Assembly (NCBI GenBank): GCA_951406725.2
Contig: OX597817.1
Location: forward strand, 161,076,001 to 161,140,000
Length of the DNA stretch: 64,000 nt
Reading direction: 5' to 3'
DNA from: Octopus vulgaris
Taxonomy: Eukaryota
In this document: in pieces, positions 1 to 12,414 of the stretch
Numbering within the stretch: position 1 is the first letter of the stretch
Layout of the letters: each line of letters begins with the position of its first letter
Notes under the pieces: generated by a model
Told to the model about the DNA's origin: nothing
What the model saw: only the letters and a program-made list of their open reading frames with translations
Databases searched by the model: none
Program-made: the position numbers and the translations under genes

Positions 1-213
1 AGACAGATAGATAGAAATGACAGGCTTCCACACAGTTTCTGTTGATCAAATTCACTCGCCAAGCATTGGTCAGCCTGGGGTTATTTTAGAAGATACTTGT
101 TGAAAGTAGAACTGAACCTGAAACCACATGGTCACAAAGTGAGCTTCTTAACCACACAGCCATGCCTTCAAAAAGTTTGTCACAATCATGCCCAGTTTTA
201 TAACATTGATTCT

Positions 214-856
214 GACTAGTGACCAGGACCTCTGGAAATATGCTGTGCTGCAGAAGACTCGGCAAGCGCAAGTGTGACCATAACCTTGTGGCCTATGCCA
301 GGGGTGTAACCAGTCCACTTATGCGTGCCTTTTCTTCATTGGACGCTAAACTCTGCTTGCGAAGACCAATTGGGGCAAGTGAAATCGAGATCGAAGTCGA
401 AATAAAACTTGTGACTGGCATCCGTTGCTAGTGGATCGCTAAGAGTACCATATGAGTGAGATCGTTGCCAGAGCAACAAGCTGGCCTTCGTGCCGATGGC
501 ACGTTAAACACACCATTCGAGTGTGATCGTTACCGTGTCACCTTACTAGCACTTGTGCTGGTGGCACGTGAAACATTCAAGCGAGGTCGTCGCCAGTGCC
601 ACTGGACTGGCTCCTGTGCAGGTGGCACATAAAAAGCACCATTTGAGCATGGCCATTGCCAGTACCACCAAACTGGCCCTCGTGCCGGTGGCACGTAAAA
701 GCACCCACTACAGTCTCGGAGTGGTTGGCATTAGGAAGGGCATCCAGCTGTAGAAACTCTGCCAGATCAGATTGGAGTCTGGTTCGCCAGACCTCAGTCA
801 AATCGTCCAACCCATGCTAGCATGGAAAGCGGATGTTAAATGATGATGATGATGAT
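214..856 (+). mobile_element. 3' end of an RTE-clade LINE (ORF C-terminus, 3' UTR, (TGA)n tail)
   Basis: Reads TSDQDLWKYAVLQKTRQAQV* (RTE-type DR..W C-terminus). The UTR has internal tandem repeats and ends ...GGATGTTAAATGATGATGATGATGAT. Confidence 0.75.
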
Positions 857-1602
857 CCGTACAAATTTGAACTTTATGAAGATATCTTGCATTGTAAGAT
901 GTTTCTGGAAAAGTCTCCCAAACACCCAGATTTCTAAGTTTATTATTCAGTATGAAGATAACTTCTTTTTTTTTTTTTCTTTTTCCAAATTTGAGATTAG
1001 TTTTCCAGATAATAATCACTATTGCTATTTTAATTTCTAGCTGTGAGTGATCTTTCAGCAAGTTGAAATTGATTTTATCATATTTAAAAATCTCAATAAA
1101 CCAAAAGACTGTTGGCTTCATTTTACCCTCACTCATAAAGCATTGAAAATTTTGATGTTATCAATGCCTTTGTATCGTGTAAAATGAGAGAAAAATATAA
1201 CAGTTTTAGAATGGAATTCAAAATTACTCAAAGATAACAAAGAAAAAAACAAACACAGCATTTCTGTAAAAGTTCCATATAATTAGCCTGATTTCATTTC
1301 AAGAATTATTTATAATATTTCTTCTTAGTTTTTACTTGTAAATGGATTAATTATTGTCTTATCTGATATCTTTATCTTGTGTTGTGCTAGTTTCAAACAC
1401 TTGACTGAAGCCTTGCTGGGCACAGCCCCAAAGGGTTTTAGTCACACAAATCAACCCAAGTACTTCTTTCTTTATTACTTTTTTTTCCTATTGGACTCTT
1501 TTGTTGAACTGCTAGGTTGCAGGAATGTTAACAAATAAACACCAGTTGTCAAGCATTGTGGAGGGCAGACTCAAAACCATACACACATACATATATACAT
1601 AC

Positions 1603-1638
<36 letters not shown>

Positions 1639-1642
<4 letters not shown>

Positions 1643-2004
1643 GCAGGAGTGGCTGTGTGGTAAGTAGCTTGCTTATGAACCACATGGATCTGGGTTCAGA
1701 CACCTTGGGCAAGTGTCTTCTACTATAGCCTTGGGGCGACCAAAGCCTTGTGAGTGGATTTGGTAGACGGAAACTGAAAGAAGCCTGTCGTATATATGTA
1801 TATATATATATGTGTGTGTGCATTTGAGTGTTTGTGCTTGTCCCCCCAACATTGCTTAACAACTGATGGTGGTGTGTTTACGTCGCCGTAACTTAGCGGT
1901 TCGGCAAAAGAGACTGATAGAATAAGTACTAGGCTTACAAAGAATAAGTCCTGGGGTTGATTTGCTCAACTAAAGGCGGTGCTCCAGCATGGCCACAGTC
2001 AAAT
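1639..2004 (+). mobile_element. tRNA-derived SINE family A (internal TA/TG microsatellite), 3' truncated
   Basis: Head GGAGTGGCTGTGTGGTAAG...GGTTCAG (A/B-box-like) and CCTTGGGCAAGTG core; at least 8 near-identical copies in the window. Confidence 0.9.
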
Positions 2005-2162
2005 GTGTGTGTGTGCAATAGGCATCACCAGTGGTACACTTCCACATTTGAGAAAAAATTTTTTTCTGTATCTTTGACATGGAATCAATGATATTTGAAT
2101 AACAGGAGTACTACTAAATATGAATTCTTTAGCATTCAGGTTATTCTATCAAATGTAACACT

Positions 2163-2503
2163 GGCACGTGGCTCAGTGGTTAGAGCCTCGAGCTTACGAT
2201 CGTGAGGTTGTGAGCTCGAATCCCGGTCCGGGCTGCGTGTTGTGTTCTTGAGCAAGACACTTTATTTCACGTTGCTCCAGTTCACTTAGCTGTAGAAATG
2301 AGTTGTGACATCACTGGTGCCAAGCTGTATCGGCCCTTGCCTTTCCCTTGGACAACATCGGTGACTCGGAGAGGGGAGGCTGGTATGCATGGGCGACTGC
2401 TGGTCTTCCATAAAACAACCTTGCCCAGACTTGTGCCTCAGAGGGTAACTCTCTAGGTGCAAACCCATGGTCAGTGTCTGACCGAAGGAAGTCACCATAT
2501 ACC
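2163..2503 (+). mobile_element. tRNA-derived SINE family B, inserted into a degenerate piggyBac-like MITE (~2124-2680)
   Basis: Head GGCACGTGGCTCAGTGGTTAGAGC...GAGCTCGAATCCC; TSD AACACT at 2157-2162 and 2504-2509. Confidence 0.85.
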
Positions 2504-2915
2504 AACACTTATTATCCACATTATTTTGAATTTATCCTGATTATCTTGTAGCTTTGAGATTTCGATTATGTGACTGTATATTTTTTAGGCTAGGTGAGAG
2601 AGGCTGAATCTGGCCAGTTTGAACATAAAACACGTAGATTATTTTGGCTGGATATGGCCAGTTTTAACACTGAAGGGTTAATGTTTAATTATGAAATATT
2701 GTAAAAATGTGAAAAATTACATTTCCTTGCAATTAAATAGTATGTTAACATGTTAAACTGTTAACATGTTAACATATTAACCCTTTCATTACCAACCTGG
2801 CCGAAACCGGCTCTAGCTCTGAGTACAAATGTCTTGTTTTCATAAGTTTTGAATTAAAATCTTCCACCAAACCTTAGTCACAATTTACGTTCCTAACACT
2901 AGCTTAATGATAACT

Positions 2916-3314
2916 CTTTACTCTCTCTCTTTTATTTGTTTCAGTCATTTGACTGCGGCCATGCTGGAGCACCGTCTTTAGTCGAGCAAATCGACCCTGG
3001 GACTTATTCTTTGTAAGCCCAGTACTTATTCTATCGGTCTCTTTTGCCAAACCGCTAACTGACGGGGATGTAAACACACCAGCATCGGTTGTCAAGCAAT
3101 GCTAGGGGGACAAACACAGACACACAAACACACACACACATATATATATACATATATACGACAGGCTTCTTTCAGTTTCCATCTACCAAATCCACTCACA
3201 AGGTATTGGTCGGCCCGGGGCTATAGCAGAAGACACTTACCCAAGATGCCACGCTGTGGGACTGAACCCGGAACCATGCGGTTGGTAAGCAAGCTACTTA
3301 CCACACAGCCACTC
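2916..3314 (-). mobile_element. SINE family A flanked by a 154-bp direct duplication
   Basis: Near-full-length reverse copy. Flanks 2762-2915 and 3315-3468 match with 3 substitutions. Confidence 0.9.
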
Positions 3315-3333
3315 TAACATGTTAACATATTAA

Positions 3334-3554
3334 CCCTTTCATTAACAACCCGGCCGAAACCGGCACTAGCTCTGAGTACAAATGTCTTGTTTTCATAAGT
3401 TTTGAATTAAAATCTTCCACCAAACCTTAGTCACAATTTACGTTCCTAACACTAGCTTAATGATAACTATGTTATTTTACTAAATTCTTTGTTATATTTA
3501 AAATTAATTTAAAGAAACACAGAGCATCTCAAAATAAATACAGTAACGAAAGGG
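3334..3554. mobile_element. piggyBac-like MITE (family 1)
   Basis: TTAA|CCCTTTCATTA ... TAACGAAAGGG|TTAA: TTAA TSD and CCC/GGG termini. Degenerate relative at ~5976-6205. Confidence 0.8.
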
Positions 3555-3922
3555 TTAAACATGTTAACACATAAAACTGGCACTACAGAATCATAATTTC
3601 ACACTAGTAAATCTCTGGCAAATTGCAACTTTGTAGCTCTGTTATCTCTCTGCTTGTTTCTTTCCTAATCGTTATTCTTATCTTTTCATCTGAATCTCCT
3701 CTACTCCTTCTCAGTTCGTGACTGACAGCAGTTTAAGATATTATTACAGCCTCAACTTTGTTTGTTCCCGAATTATAATGACTTTTGTTTTGTCTCTTAT
3801 TGAACAAGGTTGTAAAATAAACAAAAATTGAACTCGGTAACTTCAAATGGAATTTGAAACTACTTTCTTTGTCAAACTGTATTTGGATTTGAATTTGAAT
3901 AAAAAAAAATGAAACGTAATTA

Positions 3923-4535
3923 GGCGTAGGAGTGGCTGTGTGGTAAGTAGCTTGCTTACCAACCACATGGTTCTGGGTTCAGTCCCACTGCATGGCACCT
4001 TGGGCAAGTGTCTTCTACTATAGCCTCGAGCTGACCAAAGCCTTGTGAGTGGATTTGGTAGACGGAAACTGAAAGAAGCCTGTCGTCATGTTGGATCATT
4101 AGCCCCTACACGCAATTTTTTTCTCTCCTTGTTTCTTTTCTGTGTATCTTTCTGTCGAAGAGCATAGGCTCAAAACGTAAAAGACTTGTTTTATTTCTAT
4201 TCCTGAGCGCCATACTAATACATTGTTTGTTTGTACTCCACCTGCCTTCGTCTTTTGTTTATTTTCGTAAACCTTCCCGTTATATACATATATACGTGTG
4301 TGTGTGTGTGTGTATGTGTGTTTGAGTGCCTGTGTTTGTCCCCCCAACATCGCTTGACAACCGATGCTGGTGTGTTTACATCCCCGTAACTTAGCAGTTC
4401 GGCAAAAGAGACTGATAGAATAAATACTAGGCTTACAACAAATAAGTCCTGGGGTCGATTTGGTCGACTAAAGGCGGTGCTCCAGCATGGCCACAGTCAA
4501 ATGACTGAAACAAGTAAAAGAGAGTAAAAAGAGAA
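3923..4535 (+). mobile_element. SINE family A interrupted at its internal microsatellite by a ~190-bp HHR-like element (4087-4280)
   Basis: SINE sequence stops at GCCTGTCGT and resumes at TATATAC...; 3' (AGAGTAA)-like tail present. Confidence 0.88.
4147..4184 (+). ncRNA. Variant hammerhead-like motif (CUGUCGAA family), G12>A damaged
   Basis: TCTTT CTGTCGAA GAGC ATAG GCTC AAAA CG TA AAAGA. Confidence 0.55.
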
Positions 4536-6369
4536 AAATACAAAAAGACACTGAAGATAATGTCAAAGACATCTTTTGGTTCCTAACAAGTCTTGTGTGC
4601 AAAATAATCTTAGGACCAATCATGTTTTTTTATTTATTTATTAGTTCTTATTGGTTATCAAAAGTAATTTTTTTATTTTAATTTTTTTTTTTTACGATAC
4701 AGCTGGTTGTAATTTTTATATTTCTCTTTTCTCATTCATGCTGCAAAATATAGAGAAGATGGAGGTACTCTCTCATTTCAGAAGATACTTTCAGTGTGTA
4801 ATGAGAGACATTTCATATCTGAAAAGTGGAAATTAAGTCAGAAAAAACATGTGGCTGAAAATAGTGGGAAATATTTTTCAAATAGAATGAAAGAATTTAG
4901 TTTATTTAAGCTGCCACAGAAAAACAAGAACATTAAATAAAAAGGTAAAATGAAACATGAGATTTTCCCCTCATGTTTTTTTCTTTTTTTTTCTTCTTCT
5001 CTTTATCTTTTAAATTGTGAGAGAAGTGAACAACTTAGTGACAGATGCTATTTGGTTAATAACACCACAATTCTTTAAGTTAAAATGAGATAAATTCTTT
5101 GAAACAGTCCCTAAAGATTTCAATGTGACTTTCTTGTCAAAGCTCAACTGTGTTTGACAACCACAATATATATTTGTATATATATTTTTTTTTCCAACCT
5201 CTTGACATTTTATTTTCATTCCTTCAACATTTTATAATTTTAATTTTTTCCAACTAATAATAGGAACATTATATTCCTTAAACATCCATATAACCAAAAC
5301 TCTGATCCTTCAAATATAAATAATCTCTTTTATTTTTTATTTTAAAAATTTTCATGCACTTTTAGTTTGTCTTTTATTTCAAATACTTCTACATCTATTT
5401 TCTCAAACAACTGTCACTATGGGAGGAACGCTTTCTAGAAGGAGTGGAGAGAAAGGATTTGGATATTTACATGGTGTTTTTTTACGGTTAGATGCCTTGC
5501 AAACTACTTAACCACTCAGAAGTGAAATAGTCTTTGAAATTATATATGTTGTTCATTAGACAATTATATATCTTACCCAAAACATTTCAAAACAATTGTT
5601 CAAATGTTTCAATTCTTGAATTCTTATCCTTGTACCATAAAGTTTGATAGTTCAACCCTTCTGATGCCTAGCTGCCTGAAACCATGCTCGATTCTATGAT
5701 AAAAAGAAACTTTCTGCTTTAAACCTTTAGTATTTAAACCAGCCATATCCAGCCAAAATATTCCTGTTTTATGTTCAAACTGGCCGGATTTGGTTTCTCA
5801 CACCTACCCTACAATGCCATTCTAAAAAATTAATTGTTGCCTCATCAAAATCTCATAGCTACAAGATAATGCATGATTAATTCAAAACAATGTGAATAAA
5901 TAAGCATTACATTTTATAGAATAATGTGAATGCTAAATGTTAGTTTATATTCCAAATACCAATTTCATAATTCTTTTTAACCTTTTTGATACCAACCTGC
6001 CCAAGACTGCCCTTGCTTCTATGTTACAGACTTCTCGTTTTAAGGTGATCTAAATGAAAATTTCTCATTAAGGTTTCATGTTAATTTATGTCCTAATTAC
6101 CAACTTAGTAATGACCAAGATATTTTAGTAAATTCTTTATTATTTTCAAAATTAATTGAAATAAAAAGGGTGTATCTCAACAAAAGTTTGGTAACAGAAG
6201 GGTTAATTTTGGCACAAGGCTAACGATTTTCTGTAGAGGCAGCAAGTCAATTGCAGTAACTCTAGTACTTAATCAGTGTTTTAGTTTACCGACCCTGAAA
6301 GGATGAAAGGCAAAGTTAACTTTGGTGGAATTTGAATTCAAAATGTAAAGCTGGGAGAAATGCCATTAA

Positions 6370-6590
6370 CCCTTTAGCATTTAAACTGGCCATATCCGGC
6401 CAAAAGTATTCTGCCTATTTTATGTTCAAACTGGCCAGATCTGGTCTCTCACACCAACCCTACAATATCGTTTTAAAAATTAACAGCTACCTCATCAAAA
6501 TCTCATAGCTACCAGATAATGCGGGATTAGTTCAAAACAAGGTGGATAAAAGAGCATTAATTTTGGCAGAATAATGCGAACACTAAAGGG
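6370..6590. mobile_element. piggyBac-like MITE (family 2), inserted in an old family-C SINE
   Basis: TTAA|CCCTTTAG ... CTAAAGGG|TTAA. Degenerate copies at ~5720-5945 and ~2124-2680. Confidence 0.82.
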
Positions 6591-6892
6591 TTAAGCCATT
6601 TGTCTGGTTTGCTAACAATTCTGCCAGCTTATCCCCTTAATAATGGTTTCAAATTTTGGCACAAGGTCAGAAATTTTAGGGGAGGAGTAAGTCAATTACT
6701 TTGCAGAAGAAGTAAAATAAAACTAAAATATGTCTGAAGTTGTATCACATAATATTAAACATTAATCTTATGTTGTTTTCTCCCCCGACCTTAATTATTT
6801 TTAATTAAATGTTTGATGCTCAGTACATTAATTAACTTTATTATGATGTTTCTAAAAAATACTGTTTGATAATAGTAGCAAGATCATCAACA

Positions 6893-7110
6893 TGAAGGTG
6901 GCAAGCTGGCAGAAACGTTAGCACACTGGTATTTTGTCTGCCGCTACGTTCTGAGTTCAAATTCCGCCAAGGTCAACTTAACCTTTCATCCATTCGGGGT
7001 CGATTAAATAAGTACCAGTTACGAACTGGGGTCAATATAATCAACTTAATCCGTTTGTCTGTCCTTGTTTGTCCCCTCTGTGTGTAGCCCCTTGTGGGCA
7101 GTAAAGAAAT
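6893..7110 (+). mobile_element. SINE family C
   Basis: AAGG(C/T)GGC(G/A)AGCTGGCAGAAACGTTAG head, CCTTTCATCC...GGGGTCGAT core, ends AAAGAAAT; TSD AAGATCATCAACA. Confidence 0.88.
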
Positions 7111-7469
7111 AAGATCATCAACACTAAGCTACAACATTCACTATACCACCACCACCACCATCATTGTCATCGTCATCACCATAAATACCAAGCCAATAAG
7201 AGAACCTCTACATGATTGTTCAGCATGCAAGAAATAGCAGCTAAATCTCCCTCTACTAACCTCTTATTGTCTTAAACAGAGCAGGACAAATTAGATAATG
7301 CTATATTATCTCAGATATACAGTGTCTGAAATAAAAGACAAGATGGTCACATCTGGCAAAACTTTGATCAAAGGTCCACCCAATAAAAGCTGATGTGGAG
7401 CTAAACAATGACACCAACTAGCAACACCCCAACCAGACATTTCCTTTGTAGTTGCCCAACCTACTAGAA

Positions 7470-7786
7470 GTGGAGTCACAATGGCCCAGTGGTTAGGACA
7501 GCGGACTCGCAGTCAGAGGATCGTGGTTTCGATTCCTAGACCGGGCATTGTGTGTGTTTATTGAGTGAAAACACATAAAAAGCTCCACAAGGCTCCGGCA
7601 GGGGGTGGTGGCGACTCTTGCTGTACTCTTTCACCACAACTTTCTCTCACTCTCACTTCCTGTTTCTTGTGTAACACTGCGATGGACTAGCGTCCCGTCC
7701 AGCTGGGGGGAACACATATGCCACAGAAACCAGGAAACCGGGCCCATGAGCCTGGCTAGGCTTGAAAAAGGCGATGTTTATCATTT
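7470..7786 (+). mobile_element. SINE family F (tail type ii), nested in a family-D repeat
   Basis: Head GTGGAG..CAATGGCCCAGTGGTTAGG...GGTTTCGATTCC; TSD AACCTACTAGAA at 7458-7469 and 7787-7798. Confidence 0.88.
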
Positions 7787-7927
7787 AACCTACTAGAAAC
7801 AATAGTCACATCTTCCTCAAGTCAAACTGCTGCTGTCTTAGAATATAAAAAGGAAGGATAAAATAAATAATGTAGTCCTAGTTACTCCTAAACAGATGGA
7901 GTGCTCATGGTTGGAATGTTCTTGATC

Positions 7928-7928
<1 letters not shown>

Positions 7929-7959
<31 letters not shown>

Positions 7960-8745
7960 TGTGTACAGTGCTCAGGTGCACTACAACTCATCTAAAGTGT
8001 ATATATAATCAGGTGTAGTTTCGGCGGATTTCGGAAAGCATGAGGGCCTTAAAGGATGCAGTGTCATGGCAGTCAACAACTGACGCAGGCAGTTTATTCC
8101 ATGCTTCAGCAACTCTGAGCGTGAAAAAATGTTTCCGAAAGTCATGGGAGCTGTGTTGTTTTCTGACTTTGTAGGCATGTCCACGTGTGTTAGACACATG
8201 GAGATCAAAAAGGTGTTCAGTGTTGTTGTTGGTGAGGTGGTTGATAACCTTGTGGGTGTTTACCAAGTCCATCGCCAGACGCCGGAGCTTCAGTGAATCC
8301 ATGCCCAGGGAAACAAGGCGCTCAGAATATGGTAGGTGTCTGATGGAGGGTATGCGTTTGGTTGCACGTCTCTGGACAGATTCCAGGAGGTCAATGTTCT
8401 GAGCAAGATAGGGATTCCAAACTGATGATGCGAATTCCAAGTGTGGTCGTACCATAGCTGTATACAGTTTTAAATAGATGGCTGGAGAGCGGCAGTGATG
8501 CCAAGACACCCTCGGCCCTCCTGACAATTTTAGAGATATGCTTTGTCCAACGCAAATCACTGCTGACAGTGATGCCTAGGTCATGCTCGCAAGAGGATTT
8601 CTTGATATCAGTGTTGTGGAGGGGGTATGTGGACGCAGGGTTTTTTCTCCCAAAATGCATGGTGGTACACTTGTCCACAGCCAGTTTCAGTTGCCAGTCT
8701 GTGATCCATTGCTGCATTGTGTCTAGGTCTGATTGCAGGAAAGAG
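7929..8745 (-). mobile_element. 5'-truncated CR1-clade LINE (RT C-terminal region, frameshifted) with (ATT)n tail
   Basis: ORFs 8391-8717 and 8009-8560 carry WQLKLAVDKC..MHFG, DLGI, LYTAMVRPHLEFASSVWNP, VQRRATK, TRGH and FFTLRV..WNKLP. A 3' stub of the same family lies at ~52172-52216. Confidence 0.92.
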
Positions 8746-9561
8746 TTGTAGACATCAGGATCAGTCCTCTTGATTTCAAGGCCTACTCATTCAGATTCAG
8801 GGCTGACCTGCGGTTAAACAACATCATCAGAAAAACCACTTACATCATTAACTGTATGTCAAATACCTTCACCACTCCTGTTCCACCATCACGACCACAA
8901 CGACCACCAACACCACCACCACCAATAAGAACAACATCATCATTGCAACTGCCACCAACCACAACATCTTCACCAACAGCAGCCAACTGTGTTATCTTGA
9001 AATGAAACTAATATTATTTATGTTATCGTATGTGAATGCATGTGTGTATATATACATCCTCGTACATGTGAATTTTGTGTATCCATGGACATATATATAA
9101 GTATGTGTATGCATGTGTAAGTGTGTGAGTGTAAGGGGTAGGTGTGATATCTCATAACAATTAGCAGTGAAGATAACCTAAATTTGAAACCCGATCTCTG
9201 AATCATCGCCTACGACTACTACTGTATGAAAAAAATGTAAACTGTACCGAGGTCATGCTAGAACTGGGTGGTAAGTGGTATGTGCATGCCATGCTAGTCA
9301 ATGGATGGGGAAGTGTACTTGGGGAAGTTAACCATGAGTTTTTTTTTTTTGTTTCTTTTATCTTTTGCTTGTTTTAATCATTGGACTGCAGCCATGCTGG
9401 AGCACCACCTTGAAGAGTTTAGTCAAGAAAATCAAACCCATTACTTGTTTTCTTGAAGTCTGGTACTTATTCTACATCAGCTGTCGAGCAGTGGTTGATG
9501 CAAACCACAACACAAAGATACACATACATCCATACACACACACACACACGCACCAACATGC

Positions 9562-9610
<49 letters not shown>

Positions 9611-9853
9611 GAAATATGTTATAAAAAGAAAACATAAAATACACGTGGAAATGTAAGGGTAAAATATGAAAAATCAACGAAAATGCACATTGCAAATAGA
9701 AAAAGGCTATTTATGACAGGTAACAACAAATATATACATTTAGATTGACTGAGGTAGTAATATGAGTCATAAAAGTCATTATTATGAGATGATTATAAGA
9801 TGATAATAAAGAGAGAGAACAAAACGGACCATGGTTACGCAAAGCTATTCATC

Positions 9854-9901
<48 letters not shown>

Positions 9902-9958
9902 TGCCACTTATGATGAAATTTTTTCTGAAAAAATTTTTATCCTACATTAGTTGTAGTA

Positions 9959-10005
<47 letters not shown>

Positions 10006-10089
10006 ATTCGAGACAAAACCACTATTTTGCAAAACAAACAAGGAAAGACTTAATCAATACATAAAAATTTAATATAAAGAAATAAACCG

Positions 10090-10132
10090 CCACTACAATC
10101 GTTTCATGTCTTCAATGACATTCGTCAGGTGG
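10090..10132 (-). ncRNA. Minimal type I hammerhead ribozyme, intact core
   Basis: Minus strand: CCAC CTGACGA ATGTC ATTGAA GACAT GAAA CGATTG TA GTGG. Stems I and II are perfect; GUA cleavage triplet. Confidence 0.85.
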
Positions 10133-10375
10133 ATTTTCGATCTCCTAATCTGTTTTAATTTATATATATGCATATATATATATGCGTGTTTGTGTGTGTG
10201 TATGTGTGTGTGTGCATGTATGGATGTATGTGTATCTTTGTGCCGTGTTTCACATCAACCACTGCTGTAGAATTAAGTACCAGACTTCAAGAAAACAAGT
10301 AATGGGTTTGATTATTTTGACTATACTCTTCAAGGTGGTGCTCCAAAATGGCTGCAGTCCAATGATTGAAACAAG

Positions 10376-10551
10376 CCCATGTTTCACTGCTGTGTAGCAT
10401 GGCTGTTTGCACATATGCATTATACAGTCTACCTTTCACTCTGAATAAGAAACCCCTTAATACCAGCAGAGGATAGGAGCTCTCTGAACCTTGCCCATGC
10501 TATTCTTATTCCAGCAGCTATGCTCTCAGAGCATCCACCCCCGCTGTCAAC
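10376..10551 (-). mobile_element. RTE-clade LINE internal fragment
   Basis: Minus strand reads GGGCSESIAAGIRIAWARFRELL / RVKGRLYNAYVQTAMLHSSETW (RTE post-RT motif). Confidence 0.8.
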
Positions 10552-10675
10552 TACTGTATATATATGTAGTATATAAGTCATCTAAAAATCCATAAGTTAG
10601 GAAAAATGCACTCGTATACCTGTCAGAAGAGTGGGTATATTAATCGAAGTGTACCATATTATATTTCCATTACAG

Positions 10676-10854
10676 CTGATCCTACTAATCAGTTTCACAC
10701 CAGGGATTCAGTGAAATGTTAGTTAATAATCCAATTATGTAACCCAGCATCCTTCAGAGATAACTGCCATCTCTGAAGAGAGCAGGGTTGCATAATTGGA
10801 CTGTTACCTAACTACCCACTGAACCCCTAGAGCAAAACTGATTGGTAAGATCAG
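10676..10854. ncRNA. Head-to-head inverted pair of long-stem-II hammerhead-like motifs
   Basis: Plus arm: ATCT CTGAAGA ... AAAA CTGATTGG TA AGAT. Minus arm: ATCT CTGAAGG ... GAAA CTGATTAG TA GGAT. Each has one core mismatch. Confidence 0.65.
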
Positions 10855-11007
10855 TCCTGATGGATATATATAATATCGGGGACACACATATATGTATATA
10901 TACATACATATATATTTATATATATATATATGATGGATTTATTTCAGTTTCTACCTACCAGATCCACCCAGAAGGCTTTGTTCAGCCCCAGACTATAGTA
11001 GATGACA

Positions 11008-11391
11008 GTGGAGGCGCAATGGCCCAGTGGTTAGGGCAGCGGACTGGCAGTCATAGGATCACGGTTTCGATTCCCAGACCGGGCGTTGTGAGTGTTTATT
11101 GAGTGAAAACATCTAAAGCTCCACGAGGTTCCGGCAGGGTATGGTGGTGATCCCTGCTGTACTCTTTCACCACAATTTTCTCTCACTCTTACTTCCTGTT
11201 TCTGTTGTACCTGTATTTCAAAGGGCCGGCCTTGTCACTCTCTGTGTCACGCTGAATATCCCCGAGAACTACGTTAAGGGTACACGTGTCTGTGGAGTGC
11301 TCAGCCACTTACACATTAATTTCACGAGCAGGCTGTTCCGTTGATTCGGATCAACCGGAACCCTCGTTGTCGTAACCGACGGAGTGCTTCC
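11008..11391 (+). mobile_element. SINE family F (tail type i), inserted in an old family-A SINE
   Basis: Full head and tail; TSD ATAGTAGA(T/A)GACA. Confidence 0.88.
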
Positions 11392-12003
11392 ATAGTAGAA
11401 GACACTTACTCAAGGTCCCGTGCAGCAGGACTGAATTTAAGACTACATGATTAAGAACCAAGAGTCTTAATCCCACATCCAGCTTCACCTGTGCAGAATT
11501 GTATCTGGGTCTTTTAGTCAGGAGGTAAAAGCAGGACTCATGGCTTTTTCCAATGCCTTTGGCATTGACAAGAGGTGGGGAGAGAGGGAGGGAGGGAGGA
11601 AGTTATCCTTGAACCAGAGATATCATATGAATGCATGTAATAGAGTGAGCCCCACTAAAGGCACCCAAGGTACTAGGTGATGGTGTTAAAGTGGCAATGG
11701 ATTAAATCTACCACCCAAGTGGGCCATGATAAGATCTGAACTCAGAATGCAAAGAACTGGAGCAAATATCAGAAGGCTCCCATTCTGACATCTTTACTGT
11801 GCTACCAACCAATACCCTGGATTATTTTGCTATTATTGGCCCCAAAGGTAGAATCATTAGCCAGTAGAATCATTAGCATGCTGGTTGAAATTCTTAGAGG
11901 CATTTCATCCGTCCTTACATTCTGAGCTCAAATTCTGTTGAGGCTGACTTTGCCCTTCATCCTTTCAGGTCGATAAAATAAGCAGCAATTGAGACCTGGG
12001 ATC

Positions 12004-12414
12004 TACTCTTTACTCTTTTACTCTTTTACTTGTTTCTGTCATTTGACTGTGACCGTGCTGGAGCACCGCCTTTAGTCGAGCAAATTGACCCCGGAACTTA
12101 TTCGTTGTAAGCTCAGTACTTATTCTATTGGTCTCTTTTGCCGAACTACTAAGTAATGGGGACATAAACACCAGCATCGGTTGTCAAGCAATGCTAGGGG
12201 GCAAACACACTCACACAAACACACACACGCATATATATATATACATATATACGACGGGCTTCTTTCAGTTTCCATCTACCAAATCCACTCACAAGGCTTT
12301 GGTCAGCCCGAGGCTATAGTAGAAGACACTTGCCCAAGGTGCCACGCAGTGGGACTGAACCCGGAACCATGTGGTTGGTAAACAAGCTACGTACCACACA
12401 GCCACTCCTGCGCC
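12004..12414 (-). mobile_element. SINE family A, full length
   Basis: Reverse copy from the (TACTCTT)n tail to the CCTGCGCC head. Confidence 0.9.

Noticed and set aside
2163-2235. tRNA-like sequences with A and B boxes here and at other SINE heads
   Set aside because: They continue into SINE bodies with TSDs and lack a proper acceptor stem; not tRNA genes.
4779-4832. Possible minus-strand terminal exon after TTTCCACTTTTCAG (DMKCLSLHTESIF* or YEMSLITH*)
   Set aside because: Only an acceptor-like motif; no recognisable homology or partner exon.
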